Assembly (NCBI RefSeq): GCF_001194135.2
Contig: NC_068995.1
Location: 21,309,249 to 21,372,753 of the forward strand
Length of the DNA: 63,505 nt
From: Octopus bimaculoides
Lineage: Eukaryota
Reading direction: 5' to 3'
Part shown: positions 39,695 to 50,084 of the stretch, piece by piece
How the letters are laid out: every line of letters begins with the position of its first letter
How positions within the stretch are numbered: position 1 is the first letter of the stretch
Translations under genes and position numbers: made by a program
Notes under the pieces: model-generated
What the model was told of the DNA's origin: nothing
Seen by the model: only the letters and a program-made list of their open reading frames with translations
Databases searched by the model: none

Positions 39695-39880
39695 AGCGGG
39701 GAGAAGGCAGAGTTAGGACGCTGAGCAAAGTGCTTAGCAACATTTCTTTCGGTATTTTACGTTCTTAGTTCAAATGCCGCCGATATTGAATTTAATTTTC
39801 ATTTTTTGGGGCGAAAGAATAAGTACCAGTTAAGCATAGGTGTCACTTTAATTTGCTTTGTGGCAAAATTTGAAATCATT
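39695..39880 (+). mobile_element. SINE family B copy nested in the old LINE
   Basis: GTGCTTAGCAACATTTC...TTACGTTCTTAGTTCAAATGCCGCCGA...AATAAGTACCAGTT...TTGTGGCAAAATTTGAAA. Confidence 0.75.
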
Positions 39881-40627
39881 ATATTTTTGTGTTGATGATA
39901 TTCTACTGTTGGTCAAAAACTTTGTGGTTATTTACCACATCAGAACTTTTACATCGCAATTATCCTCATTAGTCAATGAGCCTGTTGTTTTACCTATCCT
40001 TTTATTTCGCGTGCAAAATATTTCATTGTTTCGTGTTCATATTTTGTTAATTCAGGAATATTCAATTCTGGTGAAAATTTCTCCAAGTATTTCATGATAG
40101 AATATGGTTTCTCTTGCAACGCATTGTTTCACAATTTCCCCACCGGTGTTTGTGATGTTGAATGATAGGTGAAGTGTCTAGACTTATGATGGTGGTTTTG
40201 TAGACTAGTTAGAGTTGCCTTCTATTTTACTATAAACTCTGTTACTATTTAATTTTGGATTTTGCATCATGGCTATCGCCAAACTTTTCCTTGTTTTAGT
40301 ATCTGATTTTTTAATTCCATTAATAGTCCAATATATGATGCTGAAACTGTGAGCTACAGCAGTCAAACTAACACATTGATTGCATCAAATCGGCTACAAG
40401 TCATTGTATCATTTTTACTCACCTGTAACAATATTTTCTAAAATTACCTGTTGTGACAGAGTGTTCTGTACCAACTCCTTCATTGATACCTAAATAGTTA
40501 TGCCTTCTTGATCAAGTATTTGATTTCGAGGGTACTAACAAGGTGTGTCAGGTGTAACCGTATTCTTACACCTATCTTTACACCTTTAGAACATCTAAAA
40601 AAAAAAGACTATATTTTACAATATCTT

Positions 40628-40800
40628 ACCTACTCTAGGCACAAGGCCCGAAATTTTGGGGCAGTGGGCCAAACCATTAGATTGATTCCAGTACACAAAT
40701 GATACTTAATTTATCGACCTTGAAAGGATGAAAGGAAAAGTCGACCTCGGCGAAAGACAGACGAAATGCTGCTAAGCACTTTGCTAGGCATGTTAACGTT
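40628..40800 (-). mobile_element. SINE family B copy (CTTGTGCCTAGAGTA tail)
   Basis: Reverse complement of the family B core (GTCGACCTCGGCG, AAAGGATGAAAGG) and tail. Confidence 0.8.
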
Positions 40801-40801
40801 T

Positions 40802-41035
40802 CTTATGTTTTATTGCCCACAAGGGGCTGAACATAGAGGGGACAAACAAGGACACACAAAGGGATTAAGTCGATTGCATCAACCCCAGTGCGTAACTGGT
40901 ACTTAATTTATCAACCTCGAAAGGATGAAAGCAAAGTCGACTTCGGCGAAATTTGAACTCAGAACGTAATGGCAGACGAAATCCCGCTAAGCATTTCGCC
41001 CGGACGGCATTCTAACGTTTCTACCAGCTCGCCAC
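40802..41035 (-). mobile_element. SINE family B-related copy with a different 3' tail
   Basis: Same head and core (GAACTCAGAACGTAA, AAGTCGACTTCGGCG, GGATGAAAG), but the tail reads CCCCTTGTGGGCAATAAAA on the minus strand. Confidence 0.8.
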
Positions 41036-41329
41036 CTTTCTATTTTACAATATCAGTGAAACTTTTTCCTAAGGTTAGTAGATCAGTTTGTTTATTATCG
41101 TTCATGGCGAAGATCTTCAGATTGTTCCTATAAAACAGCTCATTTCACTTCTTTCAACTTCATGCCAATAGTTACTGGTGTTGAGTGAAGTGAAGAATGG
41201 AGCAAGTCCAACACACAAAAGTATTCGAGTAAGTGAACATTTCTGAAAATTTCCATTTCTCGATACGCTTTGACGCTAGTGAAACATCTGATGTTCCGAT
41301 GGTGTTGCTATATGATTATTCTTTTAGTT

Positions 41330-41560
41330 TTTAGCTTCTAGTTGTTTCAGTCATTAGACTGCGGTTATGCTGGGGCACTGCCATGAAGACTTTTAGTCAA
41401 ACTAATGGACCCTAGCGCTTATTTTCTTTTTAAACCTGGTATTTATTGTATCGGTCTCTTTTGCTGATCCACTAAGTTACATGGACGTAAACACAACAAC
41501 ACCGGTTGTCAAGGAGTGGTGAAGGACAAAAACAGGCACAAAGACACAACACATATAGAA
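41330..41560 (-). mobile_element. 3' tail module of SINE family A
   Basis: TTTCAGTCATTAGACTGCGG...TATCGGTCTCTTTTGC...TAAGTTAC..GACGTAAACAC...GGTTGTCAAG. Confidence 0.8.
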
Positions 41561-41647
41561 ACATACAAAGAGGCACTGACATACATACACGCTGATATAG
41601 GTATATATTTGAGCATATACGTATTTTTTTTTATTTTCTCATCCCTC

Positions 41648-41699
<52 letters not shown>

Positions 41700-42275
41700 N
41701 NNNNNNNNNNNNNNNNNNNNNNNNNNNNNNNNNNNNNNNNNNNNNNNNNNNNNNNNNNNNNNNNNNNNNNNNNNNNNNNNNNNNNNNNNNNNNNNNNNNN
41801 NNNNNNNNNNNNNNNNNNNNNNNNNNNNNNNNNNNNNNNNNNNNNNNNNNNNNNNNNNNNNNNNNNNNNNNNNNNNNNNNNNNNNNNNNNNNNNNNNNNN
41901 NNNNNNNNNNNNNNNNNNNNNNNNNNNNNNNNNNNNNNNNNNNNNNNNNNNNNNNNNNNNNNNNNNNNNNNNNNNNNNNNNNNNNNNNNNNNNNNNNNNN
42001 NNNNNNNNNNNNNNNNNNNNNNNNNNNNNNNNNNNNNNNNNNNNNNNNNNNNNNNNNNNNNNNNNNNNNNNNNNNNNNNNNNNNNNNNNNNNNNNNNNNN
42101 NNNNNNNNNNNNNNNNNNNNNNNNNNNNNNNNNNNNNNNNNNNNNNNNNNNNNNNNNNNNNNNNNNNNNNNNNNNNNNNNNNNNNNNNNNNNNNNNNNNN
42201 NNNNNNNNNNNNNNNNNNNNNNNNNNNNNNNNNNNNNNNNNNNNNNNNNNNNNNNNNNNNNNNNNNNNNNNNNNN

Positions 42276-42314
<39 letters not shown>

Positions 42315-42529
42315 ATAATTTATAGATAGATATATCAGACACACATACATTCATACATACATGTGTGTGTGTGTGTGTGCGCGTGCCTGTTTGTGTGTGT
42401 AAGTATATTCACGTAAAGTCACATTTAATACATTGGAGTATACTCGAACGTAGGAAACATTTCGCAGCGGAAATGTTATTGGCAGAAAATTCGCTTCCTG
42501 GACGAGATGTATGATAATGCATTGTGCTT

Positions 42530-42614
42530 TGAAAGGCAGCGAGCTGGCAGAAAAGTTAGCACGCCGGACGAAATGCCTAGTGGTAGAGAAACGCACTAGG
42601 TAGAGAAACGCACT
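42530..42614 (+). mobile_element. Truncated SINE family B head followed by a 17-bp-period tandem duplication
   Basis: GGCAGCGAGCTGGCAGAAAAGTTAGCACGCCGGACGAAATGCCTAG, then GGTAGAGAAACGCACT at 42582-42597 and 42599-42614. Confidence 0.7.
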
Positions 42615-42769
42615 GTATACATTGGTAGGCCATTAAAATAAACATACCAAATTGTCCATTTAGAAAGTCATATGATAGATAAAAGGGAGGAAGAAAGACA
42701 GAGAGAAAAGAATAAAAAATAAAAACGTAAACAAAGAAAATAAAGGAAAGAAAATTCACAGCGACGATG

Positions 42770-42912
42770 CATTTCTCAATATGTGTGACGTACCAGTTAA
42801 GACAAATTTTTGCGCTTTCTGCATAGATGGTAGACCAAGGATCATTCATAAAGAATTTCCAGTTCCGTTCTTAACCATTCCAAGTACTTGTATAATGACT
42901 GGTATTGTAACC
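42770..42912 (-). mobile_element. C-terminal fragment of another R4/Dong-like LINE
   Basis: Minus frame TIPVIIQVLGMVKNG...GLPSMQKAQKFVLTGTSHILRNA, homologous to the IALMGTAHILRK end of the neighbouring element. Confidence 0.6.
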
Positions 42913-42932
42913 GTGCAATTTTCTGTATGTTA

Positions 42933-44927
42933 TATTATTATTATTGTTCAGTAGTTTTATTTTTATAACGTGCTTTCACTTCACTACCGAGCGCAGCTGT
43001 GTGCGCCTTGGCTATGTGCTGTGGTTTGCTGTGGTGCTCTTATGGTTACTGTATTGAAAGTGTTTTGCGTAGGATGTGTGCAGTGCCCATTAGTGCAATT
43101 TTCTGTATGTTATATATATTTGTAAGTCCTGGTGTTTTTGTTATGTATTTGTCTGAATATTTTTTATTATACCTAAGACACCTACTATGATAGGAATTGT
43201 TTGTTTTTAGATTCCACATTCGAGTTACCTCTATTTCCAGGTCTTTGTATTTTGAAAGTTTTTCCATTTCTGCTGGTATTGATACATCAATTAGAAAGCA
43301 TTTGCCTTAATTTCTCTATCTGTGTGTATTGGCATATCTCAGTGTATGGTTGCTTTATCGTTTTCTGTGACCTTTTCTGGCGTGTGTTTATAACATCTTT
43401 TTTCTGTTGTTATTCCATAGTGTTGGCATAGCTTCCAGTATATATAGGTCCCAGCTCTGTCGTGTCTGTGAATATATTCCTTCTTAGCCAGGACTGGGCA
43501 GCCAGAGATAATATGATTTATTGTTTCTTGTCGATCTCCACATATTCTACAGTTACTTGTTATGTTTCTTTTCATTATATGTTTTTGNNNNNNNNNNNNN
43601 NNNNNNNNNNNNNNNNNNNNNNNNNNNNNNNNNNNNNNNNNNNNNNNNNNNNNNNNNNNNNNNNNNNNNNNNNNNNNNNNNNNNNNNNNNNNNNNNNNNN
43701 NNNNNNNNNNNNNNNNNNNNNNNNNNNNNNNNNNNNNNNNNNNNNNNNNNNNNNNNNNNNNNNNNNNNNNNNNNNNNNNNNNNNNNNNNNNNNNNNNNNN
43801 NNNNNNNNNNNNNNNNNNNNNNNNNNNNNNNNNNNNNNNNNNNNNNNNNNNNNNNNNNNNNNNNNNNNNNNNNNNNNNNNNNNNNNNNNNNNNNNNNNNN
43901 NNNNNNNNNNNNNNNNNNNNNNNNNNNNNNNNNNNNNNNNNNNNNNNNNNNNNNNNNNNNNNNNNNNNNNNNNNNNNNNNNNNNNNNNNNNNNNNNNNNN
44001 NNNNNNNNNNNNNNNNNNNNNNNNNNNNNNNNNNNNNNNNNNNNNNNNNNNNNNNNNNNNNNNNNNNNNNNNNNNNNNNNNNNNNNNNNNNNNNNNNNNN
44101 NNNNNNNNNNNNNNNNNNNNNNNNNNNNNNNNNNNNNNNNNNNNNNNNNNNNNNNNNNNNNNNNNNNNNNNNNNNNNNNNNNNNNNNNNNNNNNNNNNNN
44201 NNNNNNNNNNNNNNNNNNNNNNNNNNNNNNNNNNNNNNNNNNNNNNNNNNNNNNNNNNNNNNNNNNNNNNNNNNNNNNNNNNNNNNNNNNNNNNNNNNNN
44301 NNNNNNNNNNNNNNNNNNNNNNNNNNNNNNNNNNNNNNNNNNNNNNNNNNNNNNNNNNNNNNNNNNNNNNNNNNNNNNNNNNNNNNNNNNNNNNNNNNNN
44401 NNNNNNNNNNNNNNNNNNNNNNNNNNNNNNNNNNNNNNNNNNNNNNNNNNNNNNNNNNNNNNNNNNNNNNNNNNNNNNNNNNNNNNNNNNNNNNNNNNNN
44501 NNNNNNNNNNNNNNNNNNNNNNNNNNNNNNNNNNNNNNNNNNNNNNNNNNNNNNNNNNNNNNNNNNNNNNNNNNTTTATCTAGTGTTATATTGCTGCTTT
44601 TAACTAATTTTCCTCTTTTCAGGGTTGCTTTGGCACATTTTTCTAATCCGAATTTCATATCTATTTCCTTGGTAAAGCCGTGTACTGTCCGTAGTAGTGT
44701 TTCAAGCTCTTTGTCATTTTTAGCATATAATTTTAGGTCATCCATATATAGAAGGTGGCAGACTGTTTTCCCGTAGCATTTGTAACCGCATCCAGTTCTA
44801 TTTAGCAATTCAGTTAAATGTGTGAGTGCCAGGCAGAACAGGAGTGGAGAGAGCGTGTCTCCCTGGAATATTCCTCTTCTAATGGGGATGGCTTTCGTTT
44901 TCACAAGTCCGTCTTTTGTTTGGAGCT
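42933..44927 (-). mobile_element. Younger 5'-truncated R4/Dong-like LINE (RT, CCHC, RLE, 3' UTR, (AAT)n tail), with a 1-kb gap inside
   Basis: IRRGIFQGDTLSPLLFCLAL, HLLYMDDLKLYAK, CRICGDRQETINHIISGC, RHDR, EKLSKYKDLEIEV, GTAHILRKTLS, then a stop, a short UTR and an AAT tail. Confidence 0.93.
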
Positions 44928-45226
44928 TATTATTATTATTGTTGTTGTTGTTGTTATCATTATTATTATTATTGATCGTGACAGATACATGGGAGACTGA
45001 AGAGGATATATTACTCCGGAGAGGCACATTTCAGCCTTTGTATAAGTGTATCTTTGTATCAGTGTGTGTATGTGCACGTGTGCATGTGTGCTTGCCGATG
45101 TGATTTTCTAAGAATGACTGTCTGTGTACATCTATATATATATATCTGTGTGTGTGTGTGTGTGTGCGCGCGCGCGTGTGTGTGTGTGCGCGCGTGTGTG
45201 TGTGTGTGTGTGCATATGCATGTATG

Positions 45227-45311
<85 letters not shown>

Positions 45312-45842
45312 TCACACTCACATACATACATACATATACACATATACATATACACACACACAAACACACACACATATATATATATAAAAGTTCTTCTGTG
45401 TATCTCCGTATAAAATGTCCTTAGGGTGTTGGCCCTTTTTAACATTTGAGATGAGAAAGAAGTGATGTAGAGACTAAGAGAAAGGGAGTGAGAGCAGGAG
45501 AGAGAAAATGACGCAGTACTTAAATATTAAAATAAGGGATGACATAAAAAGTTAGTGAAGGTTGATATATTAGTACAATTCTTGTATGCAATTTAAAGCA
45601 ATTTTCTCTCTTGAATTAGGCGCGTATTGTAATATAAAACCCATTAGAACCTTCATCATTTCTCAAACTGAGTACTTTAGAATATATCAAAGAAGCTTAA
45701 CCTCAAACAAAAAAGAGTGAACCAACATAGAGATGCTGCAAGCTTTTTCTGTTGAGGTCGATTCGAGCTATCACATTGATGTCCTACTTTGTTTTCAATG
45801 GGTATCCTAGGGTCACAGTTATTTCGGCTCTGAGCAAGAGAT

Positions 45843-45932
45843 ACTGAATTAGCTTTCGCCAACAACAATAGGGACTGAATTAGTTTTCCCCTACAGCAAC
45901 GGAGACTAAATTTGACTTTCGCCTACATCCAG
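45843..45932 (+). repeat. Three diverged tandem copies of a 31-bp unit
   Basis: ACTGAATTAGCTTTCGCCAAC..., ACTGAATTAGTTTTCCCCTAC..., ACTAAATTTGACTTTCGCCTAC at 45843, 45874 and 45905. Confidence 0.7.
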
Positions 45933-46719
45933 AATCACTTCGTGCCGGTCATAGCTGCAACGGTGATCTTCCTAGTGTATTTCCTTATTTATCTGAGTTC
46001 CAAAATAAAGTTCTGCTAGAAATAGACACCGAAATTGCTGGAAAATTTCCATAATTAATTTCAAATTGACAATTAGGACTCACAATTCTTTGTAAGAACT
46101 CATCCACCAAAGTATGTGGGCTTCAATTGATATTATATGCGATCAGCCAATCGTGGCAGATTTAGCGGCGAATTCGTCTAGAAACTTCTGAGTTTCGAGT
46201 TTGAATTCAAAGATGTAAGATTTGTCGATTTAACACGTTAACATATGTATTTTTTTCTATTTTTGGCAAAGAGTGGCCTCGTATTGCTGTATCAAATGAC
46301 TTCCATATCAAGAATACTCACCCAAAATATGCTGTACACTATAAAATAACATCAGTGTGATGATTCAAGAAGGTCAGCGATATCTCGAAGGAGCAACCCC
46401 GAGTAACTTTAGCACTATGATAGACAATTATATTCTGTTGTAATTTTTCTCTTTTTGGAAAATTCAAAAGTATATGCACAGATATTGACAAATGTATATA
46501 CGCATACATATATCACTATGTGTACATTTATGTATGTACAAATGCGTGGATATATATGTATATATGATGATTGCTTCCTCTTGAGAAATGATAGCCGTCC
46601 CATCAACACACACCACATAGTACACCCCATCGCACAGTACAATCACTCCGTTGATGAGCCCTTAGACGGCTTTTAAAACCAGCTGCTGACTGACAGGTTT
46701 AGAACACAAGTGACAGATA

Positions 46720-47300
46720 TTATTTAGATTTCTTCTATATCTTTGACCTTTGGAATCTTATTCTGAAGGTATGTTTTGTGAACTAGCATACGTCTTTTAA
46801 GTCTAGATATTGTCTAACGAGTTGTTTGACATATGACACAAGTTATAAGAGGTGGTTGGTGTCCGAGATCATTACCTATCTGGGAATTACAATTTTCATG
46901 TGACTTCATAAGGTTCACGTATCCTACTTTTGACAACAGAACACGATTACATATAATACATATCGAATGTTCATTGTTGATTACAGTTCTAATTGTTCCT
47001 TTTACGACAGGTCCTTTTAAGCTCAGAATGCTGAATCATCTTTTCCTCCCACCAGGCATTACAACCAGTCCTAACAGCACCCCTCCACTCGTTCCATCTA
47101 GAGCATCATTTTCCCAATCACTTTTGTTCATATCTAGTTTCTTCAGGTTTTCCTTTACAGTCTTCGTACCTTTTCCTCGGCTTATGTTGTGGTCGCTTAC
47201 CAGAGTTCAGCTCACCATAAGAAAGACGTTTTGGCAAATGCTTGCCTTTCAATCTAATAGCATGTCCAGTCCATCTAATTTGAGCCAAGATAAAATGTTA
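46720..47300 (-). mobile_element. RTE-clade LINE C-terminal fragment with two degenerate C2H2 zinc fingers
   Basis: AQIRWTGHAIR...LPKRLSYGELNSGKRPQHKPRKRY (RTE post-RT motif), then CIICNRVLLSKVGYVN[L]MKSH and CVICQTTR*TISRLKR[R]MLVH in one frame. Confidence 0.75.
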
Positions 47301-48769
47301 TTCAATTGAGCTGCAATTATTTGACAGCGTAACCACGTATGTATAAACATCAGTAAACAAAGAAGTTTTTCCCCAGTTTATAAATATATCTCTCCCAGTA
47401 AAGGAACATTTTTTACCACCTAGCTTATATAAGTAAAACAATATAAGTGTTCAAATGCAGCTTGCATTTTCTATATCACAAAGGCATTATACGGAAATAT
47501 GAAGAGTCATCACGAAAGACGTAAGGCTGTCTAAGATATTTGAAAAGCAGTTAATGATAAGCTTGATAAGTTACATTCAACACTAACTAGAGTCGAAGTA
47601 AATATTAGTCTCAAGAGATGAAGTAATGCATATTCATCTCGCTACTATTTACAAATGTAGATAGGTATAAATCCTTGTTATAGAATGATAGCGGTACTGT
47701 TTTATCGGATTTTCTGCTGACGTATTTAAATTCTTGAGAATTTACTTGTTATAGTATGCCAGTATATGCAAAAACTACTAATGCTTCTATATCTATCATC
47801 TGCTCCGTACCGTACTTTATTTTCCTTGATATATATTCGTACATTATTACTTTGAAAAAGGATTCGCTATTGCAATTAAGGCCTTTGCTTAATTCTCCTA
47901 AGGAAAACTCTTCCGTTTCAGCCATAAAGTATTTATATCTGATATTGATAAGATTTTAGCATTCTCCTGCATGCAATTATAAATGAATCATTCACTAGAT
48001 ACGGAAACAACAAATGTATGAATTTTCTCAATTTTCTTGGTACTCTCCCTGGATAACAATGTCTTTACAAATTATGACAGCATCTGTATATATGGGTACT
48101 AATATCACTTGCTTACTTATCCTTCTGTCAGCTGTAAATGAAGGCGAGTTTAACATGTATGTTTTGTATAAATTTTCACTTGAAACATGACTCAATGTCC
48201 AGGGACAGGTGTAGAGAATAAGCCTATTTCTTTCCCATTAAGCTTGATTTATATTACAAGAGAAATTTTTATTATATACAAGCATATATACATGCGCACA
48301 TAGATTCATCTCTGTGCGTGTGTGTCTGTCTGTCAGTGTAAAGGTAATATCCAAGGAACAAGGTAGAGGAAGATGGTAAGCTTCTAGCAGTCTGTTCAAG
48401 GTATAAAAAAACAATTTTCAGGAGCAATACAGGCTTTTTGACGTAGAATGTTGTAAATCTCACTCATATCGAAGCTCGATAAGTTGAAAAATTTCTTTAT
48501 AGATTCCGGTTAGCAGCAGGGGTTGTTGTGTATCCAAAATTAGGGAATGGAGTGGATAAAATCCAGGTTGCATATGTTTCATAGCTAGCGGAACCTCGGA
48601 AGTAGTAATTATCCAAACGAAGGCTAATCCGCAATGTCATGAATACATAGAAGTACCCTAAATATAACCAAATAGAAATTCCGTAGCAAGCCTTGAGATG
48701 CGTGTAGCCGGTCAGGAATAGCATGCGTGTAATAATAATAGTGAAAATATTTAAAGTAGTTAACACCTG

Positions 48770-49200
48770 CACAAAGAAGATTGACTCGATGAAATGGATG
48801 AGCTAATGGGTGAAGCTAAAGGAACTGAGTCTCTATTCGCTAGAAAGAAGGCGTGATAGATGTGCAATGACGTGCAAACGGAAGATCCTGGAAGGTCTAG
48901 CTACCAACCTTAGAACTGAATGTTATACTAACCACCGAACTGGACAATTGTGAATAATACTAAATGTCCGTGTTCTCTATCTCGAATGAGGACCCAATTT
49001 AATAACAGGTTGAATGTCAAGGGTCCATAACTTTTCAACATTCGGCTTCAGATATTTTCGAGGTGCACATGTGTAGATCTCCAATGAGCGTCAGGACAAA
49101 TTTCTGAAATACCAGATGAAACTACATCGAGGCATACAGAAGAGTGGCTGTAACCAACGAGTTACATTACCAAAAACATTGCGAAAAAGGAATCCCAAAC
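48770..49200 (+). mobile_element. CR1-like LINE 3' end fragment
   Basis: LKELSLYSLERRRDR...KILEGL motif, followed by KGP.LFN-like and PDE-like remnants typical of CR1/L2 C-termini. Confidence 0.65.
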
Positions 49201-49337
49201 ACACTGAAAGGCGGTACTCCAGCATGGCTCGAACCTTTGACTTAAACCAATAAATTATTATATATATATATATAGTATATGAACACATGTAAACATATGT
49301 ATATCTATCTATCTTAATGTACAGATGCATAAACAGG

Positions 49338-49396
<59 letters not shown>
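49338..49396. repeat. (GATA)n microsatellite
   Basis: Read directly. Similar arrays at 52708-52793 and 55036-55138. Confidence 0.95.
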
Positions 49397-49397
<1 letters not shown>

Positions 49398-50005
49398 AGG
49401 AGGGGAGGGAGAGAGAGCGAGAAACAGAGCGGAGATATGTGAGAGTGAGAGAGGGAGAATATGATGGCATTATATGCAAATTTTATTTTCTATTTTCTAT
49501 TTACTGTTCGAAAACAAAATTCGAATAGAAAGTTAATGATTTTATTTATCATTGCAGTTGTTTGTACTCAGTAACTCGGCACACAGTGTGACGGTAATTA
49601 TCGTTGGACGAGATTAGATAGTGATCTGAAGATTTACTTCAACAAGTAATACATCTGGTTCGTTCTATCTGCCTAACGAGAAGCAATATTATATATGTAG
49701 ATTGTATTAGTTTATACAGATGAAATAGATCATCAGCGGATTCAATGTAAATGTCATCGGCATTCCAATGAAAATGTGATATATATATATACTTGTTAGA
49801 GACACACATATACATGGATACATAGCTAGATTGATACATAGATATGTAAAGACATGTGTACATATATACTTAATTGAGGGGTGAATGTATATATTGTATA
49901 TATGGCGTGTATATGTATGCACATATGAGAATATATACATCTATGAATACACACACTCATATGTTCATAGCTGCATGCAGAGGTACTTATATACATTCGT
50001 ATTTA

Positions 50006-50084
<79 letters not shown>

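Larger units (their letters stand above)
39130..41300 (-). mobile_element. Old, highly decayed R4/Dong-like LINE interrupted by three SINEs
   Basis: Collinear minus-strand motifs from 41.3 to 39.1 kb: FCVGLAPFF, LKIFAMNDNKQTDLL, LDQEG/YLGINEG, SFSIIYWTINGIKKSDTKTRK, PYSIMKYLEKFSPELNIPEL, WDMSVHTD, KTCILIDMTIPAD. Confidence 0.7.
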
